Part shown: positions 38,976-51,229 of the stretch, piece after piece
How positions within the stretch are numbered: the stretch's first letter is position 1
Layout of the letters: the number at the start of each line of letters is the position of its first letter
Assembly: GCA_052327205.1 (NCBI GenBank)
Contig: CM126232.1
Span: 9,982,001 to 10,046,000, forward strand
DNA from: Somniosus microcephalus
Taxonomy: Eukaryota
Direction: 5' to 3'
Length of the DNA: 64,000 nucleotides
The notes under the pieces: generated by a model
What the model was told of the DNA's origin: nothing
Databases searched by the model: none
The model's input: the letters and a program-made list of their open reading frames with translations, nothing else
Position numbers and translations under genes: made by a program

Positions 38976-41350
38976 CTGAAATGGAAAGACAGCTTTAGCT
39001 CTCAACCCAGAAACACACCGTGGCACAGGTTAGAATAGTTTGTACACAAATGGCAGCTAAGAGGCTGTTCTGATACCAGTTTGGAGTTTAATGATACCGT
39101 GAATAGACTAATGGTCGCATCACCATCATTATTCTTGCTTGCTGTTGACTTTGATGTTTCCTCACAGGAGGTGAGGATGTGTATTCCTTTGAGAGTTCTG
39201 AACACACAACACAATTGTAGGGAGGACAAGGAGAAAGCTCAGGTTTTAGGGCTGAAGTAGGTTACAGAGATAGGGAAAGGCTGGGCCATGAATGGATTGG
39301 GGGACCTGGAGCCAATGTAGTTCAGTAAGGACAGGGGTGATGAGTGAGTGAGACTTGGGATGTGGGACACGATATGGGCAGTAGAGATTTGGATGAGCTG
39401 AAGGTTATGGAGAGTGCAACATTGGAGGCCGGGCAGGAGAACAGCCGAGTCTGGAGGGGACAGAGGCATGGATGAGGGTTTCAGCAGCACATGGTGGGTG
39501 ATGTTACGGAAGTGGAAGTAGGCAGTCTTCGCGATGGAAAGGATATGGGGTTGGAAGCTGAAGTCGGGGTCCAATAGAATGCTGAGGTTTGGAACGTTTT
39601 GGATCAGCCTGAGACAATGGCCCCAATAATAACTCCGCTGTGTGTTTGGAGCGGGATGTGCAATATCGGGTGGGAAATCAGGAAGGAATTTCAGCATCTC
39701 TGTCTGTGGAATTTTAACATGGCTACCTCATTATCATTTTACTTCCGGGTTTGACATCGAATGCGCGGCACCGGGCGTGGTGCGGACCTGCCTGACATAA
39801 TCTCAACTCGATTATTTAAAGGTCCATTTCAAAGATGGAATTTGGAGGAGTTGGGAGTTTTTGCCTCGAGACAGCCATTGTACAAATGGACTCAGGACGC
39901 TCAAAGGCTGCGTCCCACTTTAATAATGCATCGCTCGATGTACTGCTGAATGCTGTCAGGAGCCGGAGAGAGATCCTCTTCGCCAGCAACGGGAAGAAGA
40001 AACCTGCTGCTGGCACAAAGGAGGCCTGGCTGGAGGTGGCCCAGGAAGTGAGCAGCAGGAGCATTGTGCCACGTTCCTGGATTCAGTGCAGGAAGCGCTA
40101 TAATGACCTAACCAGGTCAGGAAGGGTGAGTACAATTCCTCATGGCACATCAATCACGGCAATCAAATGAGACCATGCAGCCCTTGATCACAACGTCTCT
40201 GGATACCTTAAACAGGATGACAGATCAATGGATGTGTAATAGGTGATTGGTTGTTTTTGAACTGCTTTGTTTTAGTGGGATTGAGGAGAGGAGCGAGGAG
40301 AGTGGCTGTTGGGTGTGATTGCTACATCGGTCCAGTGCTGGCATCTAACTGAACCTTACAGCCATAAGGGAATCCCTGGCACCCGGACAGCAATGTGAGT
40401 GGCTGGTGCTGCATTGGGGTTGCCATATTCCTCTTGCTCCTGCTCCTCTTCCTCCTCGGATCCACCTGTAGATGGTGTGCGCTCAGCGCCTTGTTCCTCC
40501 TGTGGAGCCTATCCTGCGCAATGATGTGCAGAGCGCAGCACACCACGATCATTCTGGACACCCTGGCTGGTGCGTAATGAAGGGCGCCTCCAGGTCTGTT
40601 CAGGCACCTGAAGCGCATCTTGAGCATGCCGATTGTGACACATCTGGTTGTCATATGGCTTTTGTTGTACTGCTCTTGGGCTTCATTGGTGGGTTTTCAC
40701 GGGTGTCATCGGCCAAGTTTGAAGTGGGTAACCTTTGTCTCCTAGCAGCCATGCCTTAAGTCTGCTTGCAGCTCCAAAGACATCAGAGAGCTTGGACTAC
40801 CGCAGGATGAAAGCACCGTGGCAGCTCCCCGGGAACCTTGCGGTTGCACAGCAGCTGCACATTGATGGATTGGAAGCCCTTGCGGTTGACGAATACTCCT
40901 GGTTGATCTGGGGTGCACGGATTGCCACGTGTGTGCAGTCGATGATGCGCTGCACCTGTGGGAAGCCAGCCAGAGATACAAACCCGAGTGTCCGCTCATT
41001 CTGACTAGCCTCACCTCAGGTGATGTTGACACAATTGCCAGCCTTGGCAAACAGGCCATCACTCACCTCTCTTATATATTGTTGGGCCGCCGACTGGGAG
41101 ATCCTGGATATGTCTCCGGTCGTGTCCTGGAAGGATCCGGAGGCAAAAAGGTTGAGGGTTGTGGTCACTTTTACAGCCACTGGTGGCCAACCAGGTCCAG
41201 AAGGGAGCAGGTCTTCTTCTAGGAGGCTGCAGATGTCTGCCACCACCTGACATGACAACCTGAGCCTCCTGAAACACTGCTGTTCGGACATGTCAAGGAA
41301 ACTCAGCCTCGGCCTGTACGTCCTGTGTCGAGGGTAGCGCCCCCTGTGAG

Positions 41351-41826
41351 CTGCCCCCTCTCTGTGCAGCACCTCCTCTGCTGCCCCCTCTCTGTGCAGC
41401 ACCCCCTCTGCTGCCCCCTCTCTGTGCAGCGCCCCCTCTGCTGCCCCCTCTCTGTGCAGCGCCCCCTCTGCTGCCCCCTCTCTGTGCAGCGCCCCCTCTG
41501 CTGCCCCCTCTCTGTGCAGCGCCCCCTCTGCTGCCCCCTCTCTGTGCAGCGCCCCCTCTGCTGCCCCCTCTCTGTGCAGCGCCCACTCTGCTGCCCCCTC
41601 TCTGTGCAGCACCTCCTTTACTGCCCCCTCTCTGTGCAGTGCCCCCTCTGCTGCCCCCTCTCTGTGCAGCGCCCCCTCTGCTGCCGCCTCTCTGTGCAGC
41701 GCCCCCTCTGCTGCCCCCTCTCTGTGCAGCGCCCCCTCTACTGCCCCTCTCTGTGCAGCGCCCCCTCTACTGCCCCCTCTCTGTGCAGCGCCCCATCTGC
41801 TGCCCCCTCTCTGTGCAGCATCCCCA
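41351..41826. repeat. 30-bp minisatellite, second array (~16 copies)
   Basis: Nearly identical to 36780-37255, including the order of variant units. Confidence 0.96.
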
Positions 41827-42694
41827 GTGCCAGTCATGGCCAGATGGAGAAGGGCCAACAGGCGTCGGCACAGGAGGCCTTACCCACCCAGGTCAGCTTG
41901 CTCATCCATCCTGCAGGCTTTTCCCTCATCCACACAGGGAGCAAGAACCTCATAGTTGTTGGACAACGGCAAAGGCCGAGGCTCCTCCAGCACTGTACCT
42001 GGAGTTCCCTTACCTGCCTGAGTTGCAATCACACCCTCCTGTCCCTGACCACTAACCAGACCTGTACCACTATCTAACCTAAGGGGTGTGACTGCCTCTT
42101 GGATCAAAGTACCCAGGTAACTCTCCGCATCCCTGATGCCCCGCAATGTCTGTACCTCAGACTCCAGCTCAAAAACTCTGAGCTGAAGTTCCTCAAGATG
42201 CAGGCACTTCCTGCAAATGTGGTTGTCCGGGATCACAAAGCTCTCCACAAACTCCCACATGCTGCAGTTGCGGCACACCACCTACACTGTCATCCCAATA
42301 TGACCTTGTTTTATTTAATAAATTTGTATTTAGGTAACTTAGTTTACAGTGTAGTTTCTTGACTACTTTCTTGATCTAGATTAAGTTAAGGGTACTGAAA
42401 TTAAATATCTGCCTGTAACACAAAGCACTACAAGTAGCGTAGGCAACAAGCAGCAACTCCTTCCCCCTCTTCTCCAAATTTCCACTCCTTCCAAACTCCC
42501 AAATAAAGCACTCTGTTCATTCCATTCCATTTAATCCCACTCTGTGCATCAATATAAATGTCTGTAGTAACCAGAGCCGGTGATCAGTATCTGTGCAGTA
42601 TTTACAATCCACCTGATCCCAGTGTCACCATTCTGATAGTTTCCAGTATGAATAATTGGAGATCAAAGGTCTCCCTGATGGTTATTAAACTTAC

Positions 42695-42766
42695 TCTCCT
42701 TCAGCTGTGAAATGTCAGTCCTAAGTTCAGCGACTGAGCTTCTTGTCTCCTCAGACGTTCCTGTAA
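42695..42766 (-). CDS. C-type lectin neck exon B, copy 3 (72 nt)
   Basis: Intact AG/GT sites, phase 1-1, same peptide as the other copies. Confidence 0.85.
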
Positions 42767-43471
42767 CTGAAAGAGGAACAACACTTGAGATCGTGTGGCA
42801 CTGTTTGTAGAACAAGATCAATTTTGCTTTCGAACACGAGAGATTTTCACAGGACAAAACAGACAAAACTGCTTCCATTGTTTGGTGGGTTGCTAACCGG
42901 AGGGCATCAACTGAAGATTTGAAGATGATCAGCAACACAATGAAGGGAGAGGTTAGGAATTGTTTTATACAAACGGTTTTTAAGACCTGGAATGGCCAAC
43001 CAGAAATAATGTCGGAAAAAAAGAAAGACTTTTATTTATACAGTGCCTTTCACGACCACCGGATGTCTCAAAGTGCTTTACAGCCAATGAAGTACTTTTG
43101 AAGTGCAGTCACTGTTGTAATCCCAGAGAGCCAGCACACGTGATGGGCTGAATGACCTCCTACCGTGCTGTAAGATTCTATTGATTTTAATTGTACAGTA
43201 CATGGACACTCATTTATTATCTATTTAATTTTCTTCTCTGGGAATTCCCCCAATGTGTTCACAACATAAAAATCTGTAGTGCTTTTATAATGGGCCCATG
43301 GGAAATGTGAACCAATCAAATCCACTTATACTTGATTGGTTCAAAATTCGAACCAAGCCAAACACTCCAGTGTGAAATGCACTGGAGATCAATCCTCGAA
43401 GAATGAGCAGACCATCTGAAAAACTAGAGAGCCCTTTGAACTGGAGATCCTGACTGGCATTTAACACTTAC

Positions 43472-43546
43472 TGTTACTCTTTATCTGGGAAAGTTCCATC
43501 TTGAAATTGGCCAATGACGCTTTCATTTCACTGAACATCTGTGGAA
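43472..43546 (-). CDS. C-type lectin neck exon A, copy 3 (75 nt): FPQMFSEMKASLANFKMELSQIKSN
   Basis: First neck exon after the TM exon; intact AG/GTAAGT, in frame. Confidence 0.87.
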
Positions 43547-45931
43547 CTGAAATGGAAAGACAGCTTTAGCTCTCAACCCAGAAACACACCGTGGCACAGG
43601 TTAGAATAGTTTGTACACAAATGGCAGCTAAGAGGCTGTTCTGATACCAGTTTGGAGTTTAATGATACCGTGAATAGACTAATGGTCGCGTCACCATCAT
43701 TATTCTTGCTTGCTGTTGACTTTGATGTTTCCTCACACGAGGTGAGGATGTGTATTCCTTTGAGAGTTCTGAACACACAACACAATTGTAGGGAGGACAA
43801 GGAGAAAGCTCAGGTTTTAGGGCTGAAGTAGGTTACAGAGATAGGGAAAGGCTGGGCCATGAATGGATTGGGGGACCTGGAGCCAATGTAGTTCAGTAAG
43901 GACAGGGGTGATGAGTGAGTGAGACTTGGGATGTGGGACACGATATGGGCAGTAGAGATTTGGATGAGCTGAAGGTTATGGAGAGTGCAACATTGGAGGC
44001 CGGGCAGGAGAACAGCCGAGTCTGGAGGGGACAGAGGCATGGATGAGGGTTTCAGCAGCACATGGTGGGTGATGTTACGGAAGTGGAAGTAGGCAGTCTT
44101 CGCGATGGAAAGGATATGGGGTTGGAAGCTAAAGTCGGGGTCCAATAGAATGCTGAGGTTTGGAACATTTTGGATCAGCCTGAGACAATGGCCCCAATAA
44201 TAACTCCGCGGTGTGTTTGGAGCGGGATGTGCAATGTCGGGTGGGAAATCAGGAAGGAATTTCAGCATCTCTGTCTGTGGAATTTTAACATGGCTACCTC
44301 ATTATCATTTTACTTCCGGGTTTGACATCGAATGCGCGGCACCGGGCGTGGTGCGGACCTGCCTGACATAATCTCAACTCGAGTATTTAAAGGTCCATTT
44401 CAAAGATGGAATTTGGAGGAGTTGGGAGTTTTTGCCCAGAGACAGCCATTGTACAAATGGACTCAGGACGCTCAAAGGCTGCGTCCCACTTTAATAATGC
44501 ATCGCTCGATGTACTGCTGAATGCTGTCAGGAGCCGGAGAGAGATCCTCTTCGCCAGCAATGGGAAGAAGAAACCTGCTGCTGGCACAAAGGAGGCCTGG
44601 CTGGAGGTGGCCCAGGAAGTGAGCAGCAGGAGCATTGTGCCACGTTCCTGGATTCAGTGCAGGAAGCGCTATAATGACCTAACCAGGTCAGGAAGGGTGA
44701 GTACAATTCCTCATGGAACATCAATCACAGCAATCAAATGAGACCATGCAGCCCTTGATCACAACGTCTCTGGATACCTTAAATAGGATGACAGATCAAT
44801 GGATGTGTAATAGGTGATTGGTTGTCTATAGAACTGCTTTGTTTTAGTGGGATTGAGGAGAGGAGCGAGGAGAGTGGCTGTTGGGTGTGATTGCTACATC
44901 GGTCCAGTGCTGGCATCTAACTGAACCTTACAGCCATAAGGGAATCCCTGGCACCCGGACAGCAATGTGAGTGGCTGGTGCTGCATTGGGGTTGCCATAT
45001 TCCTCTTGCTCCTGCTCCTCTTCCTCCTCGGATCCACCTGTAGATGGTGTGCACTCAGCGCCTTGTTCCTCCTGTGGAGCCTATCCTGCGCAATGATGTG
45101 CAGAGCGCAGCACACCACGATCATTCTGGACACCCTGGCTGGTGCATAATGAAGGGCGCCTCCAGATGTGTCCAGGCACCTGAAGCGCATCTAGAGCATG
45201 CCGATTGCTTGCTAAGTGACACATCTGGTTGTCATATGGCTTTTGTTGTACTGCTCTTGGGCTTCATTGGTGGGTTTTCACGGGTGTCATCGGCCAAGTT
45301 TGAAGTGGGTAACCTTTGTCTCCTAGCAGCCATGCCTTAAGTCTGCTTGCAGCTCCAAAGACATCAGAGAGCTTGGACTACCGCAGGATGAAAGCACCAT
45401 GGCAGCTCCCCGGGAACCTTGCGGTTGCACAGCAGCTGCACATTGATGGATTGGAAGCCCTTGTGGTTGACGAATACTCCCGGTTGATCTGGGGTGCACG
45501 GATTGCAACGTGCGTGCAGTCGATGATGCCCTGCACCTGTGGGAAGCCAGCCAGAGATACAAACCCGAGTGTCCGCTCATTCTGACTAGCCTCACCTCAG
45601 GTGATGTCGACACAATTGCCAGCCTTGGCAAACAGGCCATCACTCACCTCTCTTATATATTGTTGGGCTGCCGACTGGGAGATCCTGGATATGTCTCCGG
45701 TCGTGTCCTGGAAGGATCCGGAGGCAAAAAGGTTGAGGGTTGTGGTCACTTTTACAGCCACTGGTGGCCAACCAGGTCCAGAAGGGAGCAGGTCTTCTTC
45801 TAGGAGGCTGCAGATGTCTGCCACCACCTGACATGACAACCTGAGCCTCCTGAAACACTGCTGTTCGGACATGTCAAGGAAACTCAGCCTCGGCCTGTAT
45901 GCCCTGTGTCGTGGGTAGTGCCCCCTGTGAG

Positions 45932-47285
45932 CTGCCCCCTCTCTGTGCAGCGCCCCTGTGAGCTGCCCTCTCTCTGTGCAGCACCCCCTCTGCTGCCCCC
46001 TCTCTGTGCTGCGCCCCCTCTGCTGCCCCCTCTCTGTGCAGCGCCCCCTGTGCTGCCCCCTCTCTGTGCAGCACCCTCTCTGCTGCCCTCTCTGTGCAGC
46101 GCCCCCTCTGCCGCCCTCTCTGTGCAGCACCCCCTCTGCTGCCCTCTCTCTGTGCAGCGCCCCCTCTGCTGCCCCCTCTCTGTGCAGCGCCCCTTCTGCT
46201 GCCCCCTCTCTGTGCAGCGCCCCCTCTGCTGCCCTCTCTCTGTGCAGCGCCCCTCTGCTGCCCCCTTTCTGTGCAGCGCCCCCTCTGCTGCCCCCTCTCT
46301 GTGCAGCGCCCCCTCTGCTGCCCTCTCTCTGTGCAGCGCCCGCTCTGCTGCCCCCTATGTGTGCAGCGCCCCCTCTGCTGCCCCCTCTCTGTGCAGTGCC
46401 CCCTTTGCTGCCCCCTCTCTGTGCAGCGCCCCCTTTACTGCCCCCTCTCTGTGCAGCGCCCCCTCTGCTGCCCCTCTCTGTGCAGCGCCCCCTCTGCTGC
46501 ACCCTCTCTGTGCAGTGCCCCCTTAACTGCCCCCTCTCTGTGCAGCGCCCCCTCTGCTGCCCCCTCTCTGTGCAGCTCCCCCTCTGCTGCCCCGCACCCC
46601 CTTTGCTGCCCCCTCTCTGTGCAGCATCCCCTCTGCTGCCCCCTCTCTGTGCTGCCCCCTCTCTGTGCAGCGTCCCCTCTGCTGCCCCCTCTCTGTGCAG
46701 CGCCCCCTTTACTGCCCCCTCTCTGTGCAGCGCCCCATCTGCTGCACCCTCTCTGTGCAGCGCCCCCTTTGCTGCCCCCTCTCTGTGCAGCGCCCCATCT
46801 GCTGCCCCCTCTCTGTGCAGCGCCCCCTCTGCTGCCCCCTCTCTGTGCAGCGCCCCCTCTGCTGCCCCCTCTCTGTGCAGCGCCCCCTCTGCTGCCCCCT
46901 CTCTGTGTAGCGCCCCCTCTGCTGCCCCCTCTCTGTGCAGCACCCCCTTTGCTGCCCCCTCTCTGTGCAGCACCCCCCTTACTGCCCCCTCTCTGTGCAG
47001 CGCCCCATCTGCTGCCCCGTCTCTGTGCAGCGCCCCCTCTGCTGCTCCCTCTCTGTGCAGCGCCCCCTCTGCTGCCCCCTCTCTGTGCAGTGCCCCCTCT
47101 GCTGCCCCCTCTCTGTGCAGCGCCCCATCTGCTGCCCCTCTCTGTGCAGCGCCCCCTCTGCTGCCCCCTCTCTGTGCAGCGCCCCCTCTGCTGCCCCCTC
47201 TCTGTGCAGCGCCCCCTCTGCTGCCCCCTCTCTGTGCAGCGCACCCTCTGCTGCCCCCTATCTGTGCAGCGCCCCCTCTGCTGCT
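45932..47285. repeat. 30-bp minisatellite, third and longest array (~45 copies, more heterogeneous)
   Basis: Same unit as 36780-37255, with many 29-bp and substituted variants. Confidence 0.96.
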
Positions 47286-47359
47286 CACCCCTTTGCTTCT
47301 CCCTCTCTTTTGCTCCCCTCTCTGCTGTCCAGCTGCAGGTCTCTCAAGAGCAGTTTTGA

Positions 47360-49335
47360 TAGATGGTCAGTACATGCAGAGAGGGAATAATTTATGTCAA
47401 TTAGCATGGCGGCAGGAAGGGAAGTTGGGTGGTCCGCAGTTTGGTGGGAAGGGTGTCAAGAGAGCAGGGGATGGGTCTCATAGACAAGCTGAGATGAGAG
47501 AGTGCAGCAGGGGAGATAGGAGAGAAACTAGACAAAGACACAGGATTAGCACTCAGTAAGGGAAGAGCCTGGGGGCAGGTTTGGCCCGGTGTGCTAGGGG
47601 AGGTGCGGAAGCAGCAGAGGCAGCTGAACAGATGGTCTCAATCTTAATGACAAAGAAATCCATGAGCTCTTCGTACTGGTTGTTGCATGTGAGGATGGAG
47701 CGGGCATGGGAGAGGGGTTTCAGGAGATGGTTGATAGTGGAGAAAAGAAGCCGGGTTGTCTATGCCATTCAGGGTGATCCTGGATTATTGGGCGGCTTTG
47801 GCAGCGGAGAGTGAGGTCCGATAGCACTTGATGCAGGCCCGCCAGATCTGGTGATGGATGGCTAAACTAGTTGTGGGCCAGATATGCTCAATTTGTGTCC
47901 CTTGCACTTGAAGGAGCTAAGATGGTTCCTCTAAAGTTCCCCACTGCCCTAGCCCTGAACTAGTATCTTTTTCCCATTTCTCTCAGATCTCCCCTCTTGA
48001 CCTCTCCATGTGCATCTTGTCCATGCGACCCACTTGCTGCTTCCCCAACCTTATTCCCACCAAACTGCTGACCACCCAACTTCCTTTATTAGCTCCCATG
48101 TTAGCTGATATTGTTAACGGTTCTCTCTCCTCAGGTACTGTCCCCCTCTCCCTCAAATCTGGCGTTATCACCCCTCTCCTCAAAAAAACCTTGACCCCTT
48201 TGTCCTTGCAAACTACCGTCCCATCGCCAACCTCCTTTTCCTCTCCAAAGTCCTTGAACCTATTGTCGCCTCCTAAATCCGTGACCATCTTTCCCAGCAC
48301 TCCACGTTTGAATCCCTCCAATCAGGTTTCCGCCCCTGCCACAGTACCGAAATAGCTCTCATCAAAGTGACAAATGAAATCCTATGACTGTGACAAAGGT
48401 AAACTATCCCTCCTCATCCTTCTTGACTTGTCTGCAGCCTTTGACACAGTTGACCACTCCATCCTTCTCCAAAGCCTCTCCACCGTCATCCAGCTGGGTG
48501 GGACTGCACTTGCCTGGTTCCATTCTTATCTATCTAATCGTAGCCAGAGAATCACCTGCAATGGCTTCTCTTCCCACTCCCGCATCGTTACCTCTGGAGT
48601 CCCCCAAGCATCTATCCTTGCCTCCTCCTATTTCTCATCTACATGCTGCCCCTTAGTGACATCATCTAAAAACACAGCGTCAATTTCCACATGTACGCTG
48701 ACGACACCCACCTCTACCTCACCACCACTTCTCTCGACCTTTCCAGCTCATCCATGCCTTTGTTACCTCTAGACTTGATTATTCCAATACACTCCTGGCT
48801 GGCCTCCCACATTCTACCCTATGTAAACTTGAGGTCATCCAAAACTCGGCTGCCCATGTCCTAACTCGCACCAAGTCCCGTTCACCCATCAGCCCTGCGC
48901 TCGCTGACCTACATTGGCTCCCGGTTAAGCAATGCCTTGATTTCAAAATTTTCATCCTGGTTTTCAATCCCTCCAGGGCCTCGCTCCTCGCTATCCCTGT
49001 AATCTCCTCAAGCCCCACAACCCCCCGAGATATCTGCGCTCCTCTAACGCCCTCTTGAGCATCCCTGATTATAACCGCTCAACCATCGGTGGCCGTGCCT
49101 TCTGTTGCCTGGGCCCTAAGCTCTGAAATTCCCTCTCTAAACCTTTCTGCCTCTCTACCTCTCTTTCCTCCTTTAAGACGCTCCTTAAAACCTAGCTCTT
49201 AGACCAAGCTTTTGGTCACCTGCCCTAATTTCTCCTTATGTGGTTGGTGTCACATTTTTTGTCTTATAATACTTCTGTGAAGCACCTTGGGACATTTTAC
49301 TACATTAAAGGCACTATATAAATACAAGTTGTGGT
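47360..49335 (+). mobile_element. L2 LINE fragments: a minus-strand piece (~47360-47930) and a plus-strand deleted RT with 3' end (~47985-49335)
   Basis: NYRPIANL, QSGFRPCHSTE, LILLDLSAAFDTVDHSILL, GVPQ, YADDT, and 3' end CTGTGAAGCACCTTGGGACATTTTACTACATTAAAGGCACTATATAAATACAAGTTG. Confidence 0.85.
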
Positions 49336-49451
49336 TTTTGTTGTTATTAGATCAGTGAGCCTGTATTTTCTATAAGGTGTTATTATGTGTCCTGCCCACG
49401 CTGTCCAGTTTTAATAATACTGATCCCCAGTCCCACTACTGAATTAATATT

Positions 49452-50172
49452 GGGCCAAATCTTGCTGGAGTGGGGCATCTTGCGATGTTAGCCTTTAGTT
49501 AGACTTTTTCCTGCCCCCTTCAGCTCAAAGGTTTTTTGCGCTGTAATTTGCTGGACGTTCGAGCTGAGAGCGGTGCGGCGAAGGGCCATCATGGGCCTTA
49601 GTGAATGACAGGACCAACAGTCTAACTCCTTAATCAATGAAATGTAGGGACTGAGAAATGAACTAGGAATGACTGAGAAGAGGGTGAATTCAATGCCAAC
49701 AAAAGATTGAATTAAGAGAGAGAGAAGAAAGAGGCAGGAAGGAAAAGTGGGAAAAAATGTTTTTAAATTTTACATTTTTAAAATCTCCAACAGCAATTCA
49801 GTACCTGAAGGAATGAGATTCCACACATTTAATTGTTCACTTTCTGGGCCAGGGAGGTTGACTGGCACTCATTAACAAATATTGCATTGTTTAAAGGGTA
49901 CCTATGCTGTTAATTACTAGACTTAATTTTCTGAGCAGAGTTTAATGGACAATTAATGTGCAAATGCAGCAACTTCAGGAAACTCACGGGGAGGTTAAGG
50001 GCGAGATACCGTTTTCGCGAGGCTAATGGCGGAGCGGCACAAATCGTCCAGCAACTTGTGGTGATTCGCAATTCACAGGGTATCTCTTCCTTGCCACAAG
50101 ATGTCGGACAATTTGTACGTTAATAATGGCGTGCTTTTTTCACACAGTTATAGTTTCAGCAAGTTCTGGCCC
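49452..50172. mobile_element. Non-autonomous MITE-like element with GGGCC termini (Harbinger-like)
   Basis: Imperfect terminal inverted repeats GGGCCAAATCTTGCTG (49452) and CAGCAAGTTCTGGCCC (to 50172). No coding capacity; no clear TSD. Confidence 0.65.
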
Positions 50173-50288
50173 GATACCTACATTATTAATGCATGCTAAT
50201 TGATGCACAGCTCTGAATTAGCTTTGTTAACTATCATTGCAGAATTCACAACAGTAAATTCCATAGTTTCAAATATCACAAAACTTAC

Positions 50289-50408
50289 ACAGTATAACTG
50301 CAGTGCCAAGAACCACTACAGACAGCAGGATGGAGAGACCCAGGAGAATGTAGATGACCAGAGGTGACCGTTTTCCTCCGACAGGCTCTGCTGATCGGAC
50401 ACCAGTTT
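50289..50408 (-). CDS. C-type lectin transmembrane exon (120 nt): ETGVRSAEPVGGKRSPLVIYILLGLSILLSVVVLGTAVIL
   Basis: Acceptor ctttctcttacactttgcag, donor GTAAGT, phase 1-1. Basic residues followed by a ~24-aa hydrophobic helix indicate a type II signal anchor. Confidence 0.92.
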
Positions 50409-50832
50409 CTGCAAAGTGTAAGAGAAAGTCATCACTGAAAGGATTAGAGGGAACCGTCTTGTGAAAAAGGCTCCAAACCTTTTCTCATTTGGACCTGGAG
50501 AGGAGGCAGAGGAGCCGAGTGTTGTTGTCAACACTGGAATGTTTGAAACTTTGCACTATTGGGCCTCTCGAACACACATTTCTTCAATTTAAGAACATTC
50601 ATCAACAGCAGGTTAGAGATCTAAACTGGGCCGGAAACTGAAGTGATGCAAGTTATGGACAGTTACAAACAACAGGCACAAAATATCATTTACTCAGGTA
50701 ATCTGCAGGGTACAAGGAATAAATACCATTCGTTCATCTCACCCCTCTGTCCTCACCATTTCTTCAACATTTCACCATCCTTCATCCAGCATCTTTACAT
50801 CATCACCTTCTTCACAGATTTCAGTGTGAGCC

Positions 50833-50963
50833 AACAACACCATCAGTTAAAGGGATGGTCACGGGGGGTTTCTGACCCCACTGCTTTATTTCGCTGTGTG
50901 CTAACAACACCATCAGTTAAAGGGATGGTCACGGGGGGTTTCTGGCCCCACTGCTTTATTTCA
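50833..50963. repeat. Local direct duplication, ~60 bp x2 (period 71 bp), lectin intron 1
   Basis: AACAACACCATCAGTTAAAGGGATGGTCACGGGGGGTTTCTG(A/G)CCCCACTGCTTTATTTC occurs twice. Confidence 0.9.
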
Positions 50964-51144
50964 CTGTTCAGATCTAAATCCATCAGTTTTTCTGAAGAAG
51001 TGGAATTTCCTAACAACACGCTCCCCAACCAATGAGAAATGACCTTTTCACTGTTGTTAATTGATCTGAAGGTGTTAATGAATTCGAACTAATTAACTCA
51101 AACTGAATAAACTCTACAATAATGATCAGATCACTGATGTGTAC

Positions 51145-51229
51145 CTGGCTTCAACTCCTGTTTTCCTCTGCCTCCTATTAGTTGATCAGAATAAAAATCA
51201 CTGAGATTTTGACAATTGTCTAGCTCCAT
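51145..51229 (-). CDS. C-type lectin first coding exon (85 nt), cytoplasmic tail MELDNCQNLSDFYSDQLIGGRGKQELKP
   Basis: Kozak-compatible gacATGG, donor CAG/GTACAC, phase 1, joins the TM exon in frame. Confidence 0.75.

Larger units (their letters stand above)
32681..47290. repeat. Tandem segmental triplication, unit ~4.57 kb (32681-37255, 37256-41826, 41827-~47290)
   Basis: Homologous ORFs and landmarks recur at 4570-4575 bp offsets (e.g. neck exon B at 33550/38124/42695). Each unit contains a CR1 ORF1 fragment, neck exons B and A, an L2 piece, a Harbinger element and a 30-bp minisatellite. Confidence 0.97.

Noticed and set aside
45597-47559. Long Cys/Pro-rich or Gly-rich ORFs (563, 533 and 421 aa; also 36754-37506 and 41325-42077) resembling keratin-associated or structural proteins
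   Set aside because: They are translations of a stop-free 30-bp minisatellite in several frames, with frequent 29-bp frame-shifting units.
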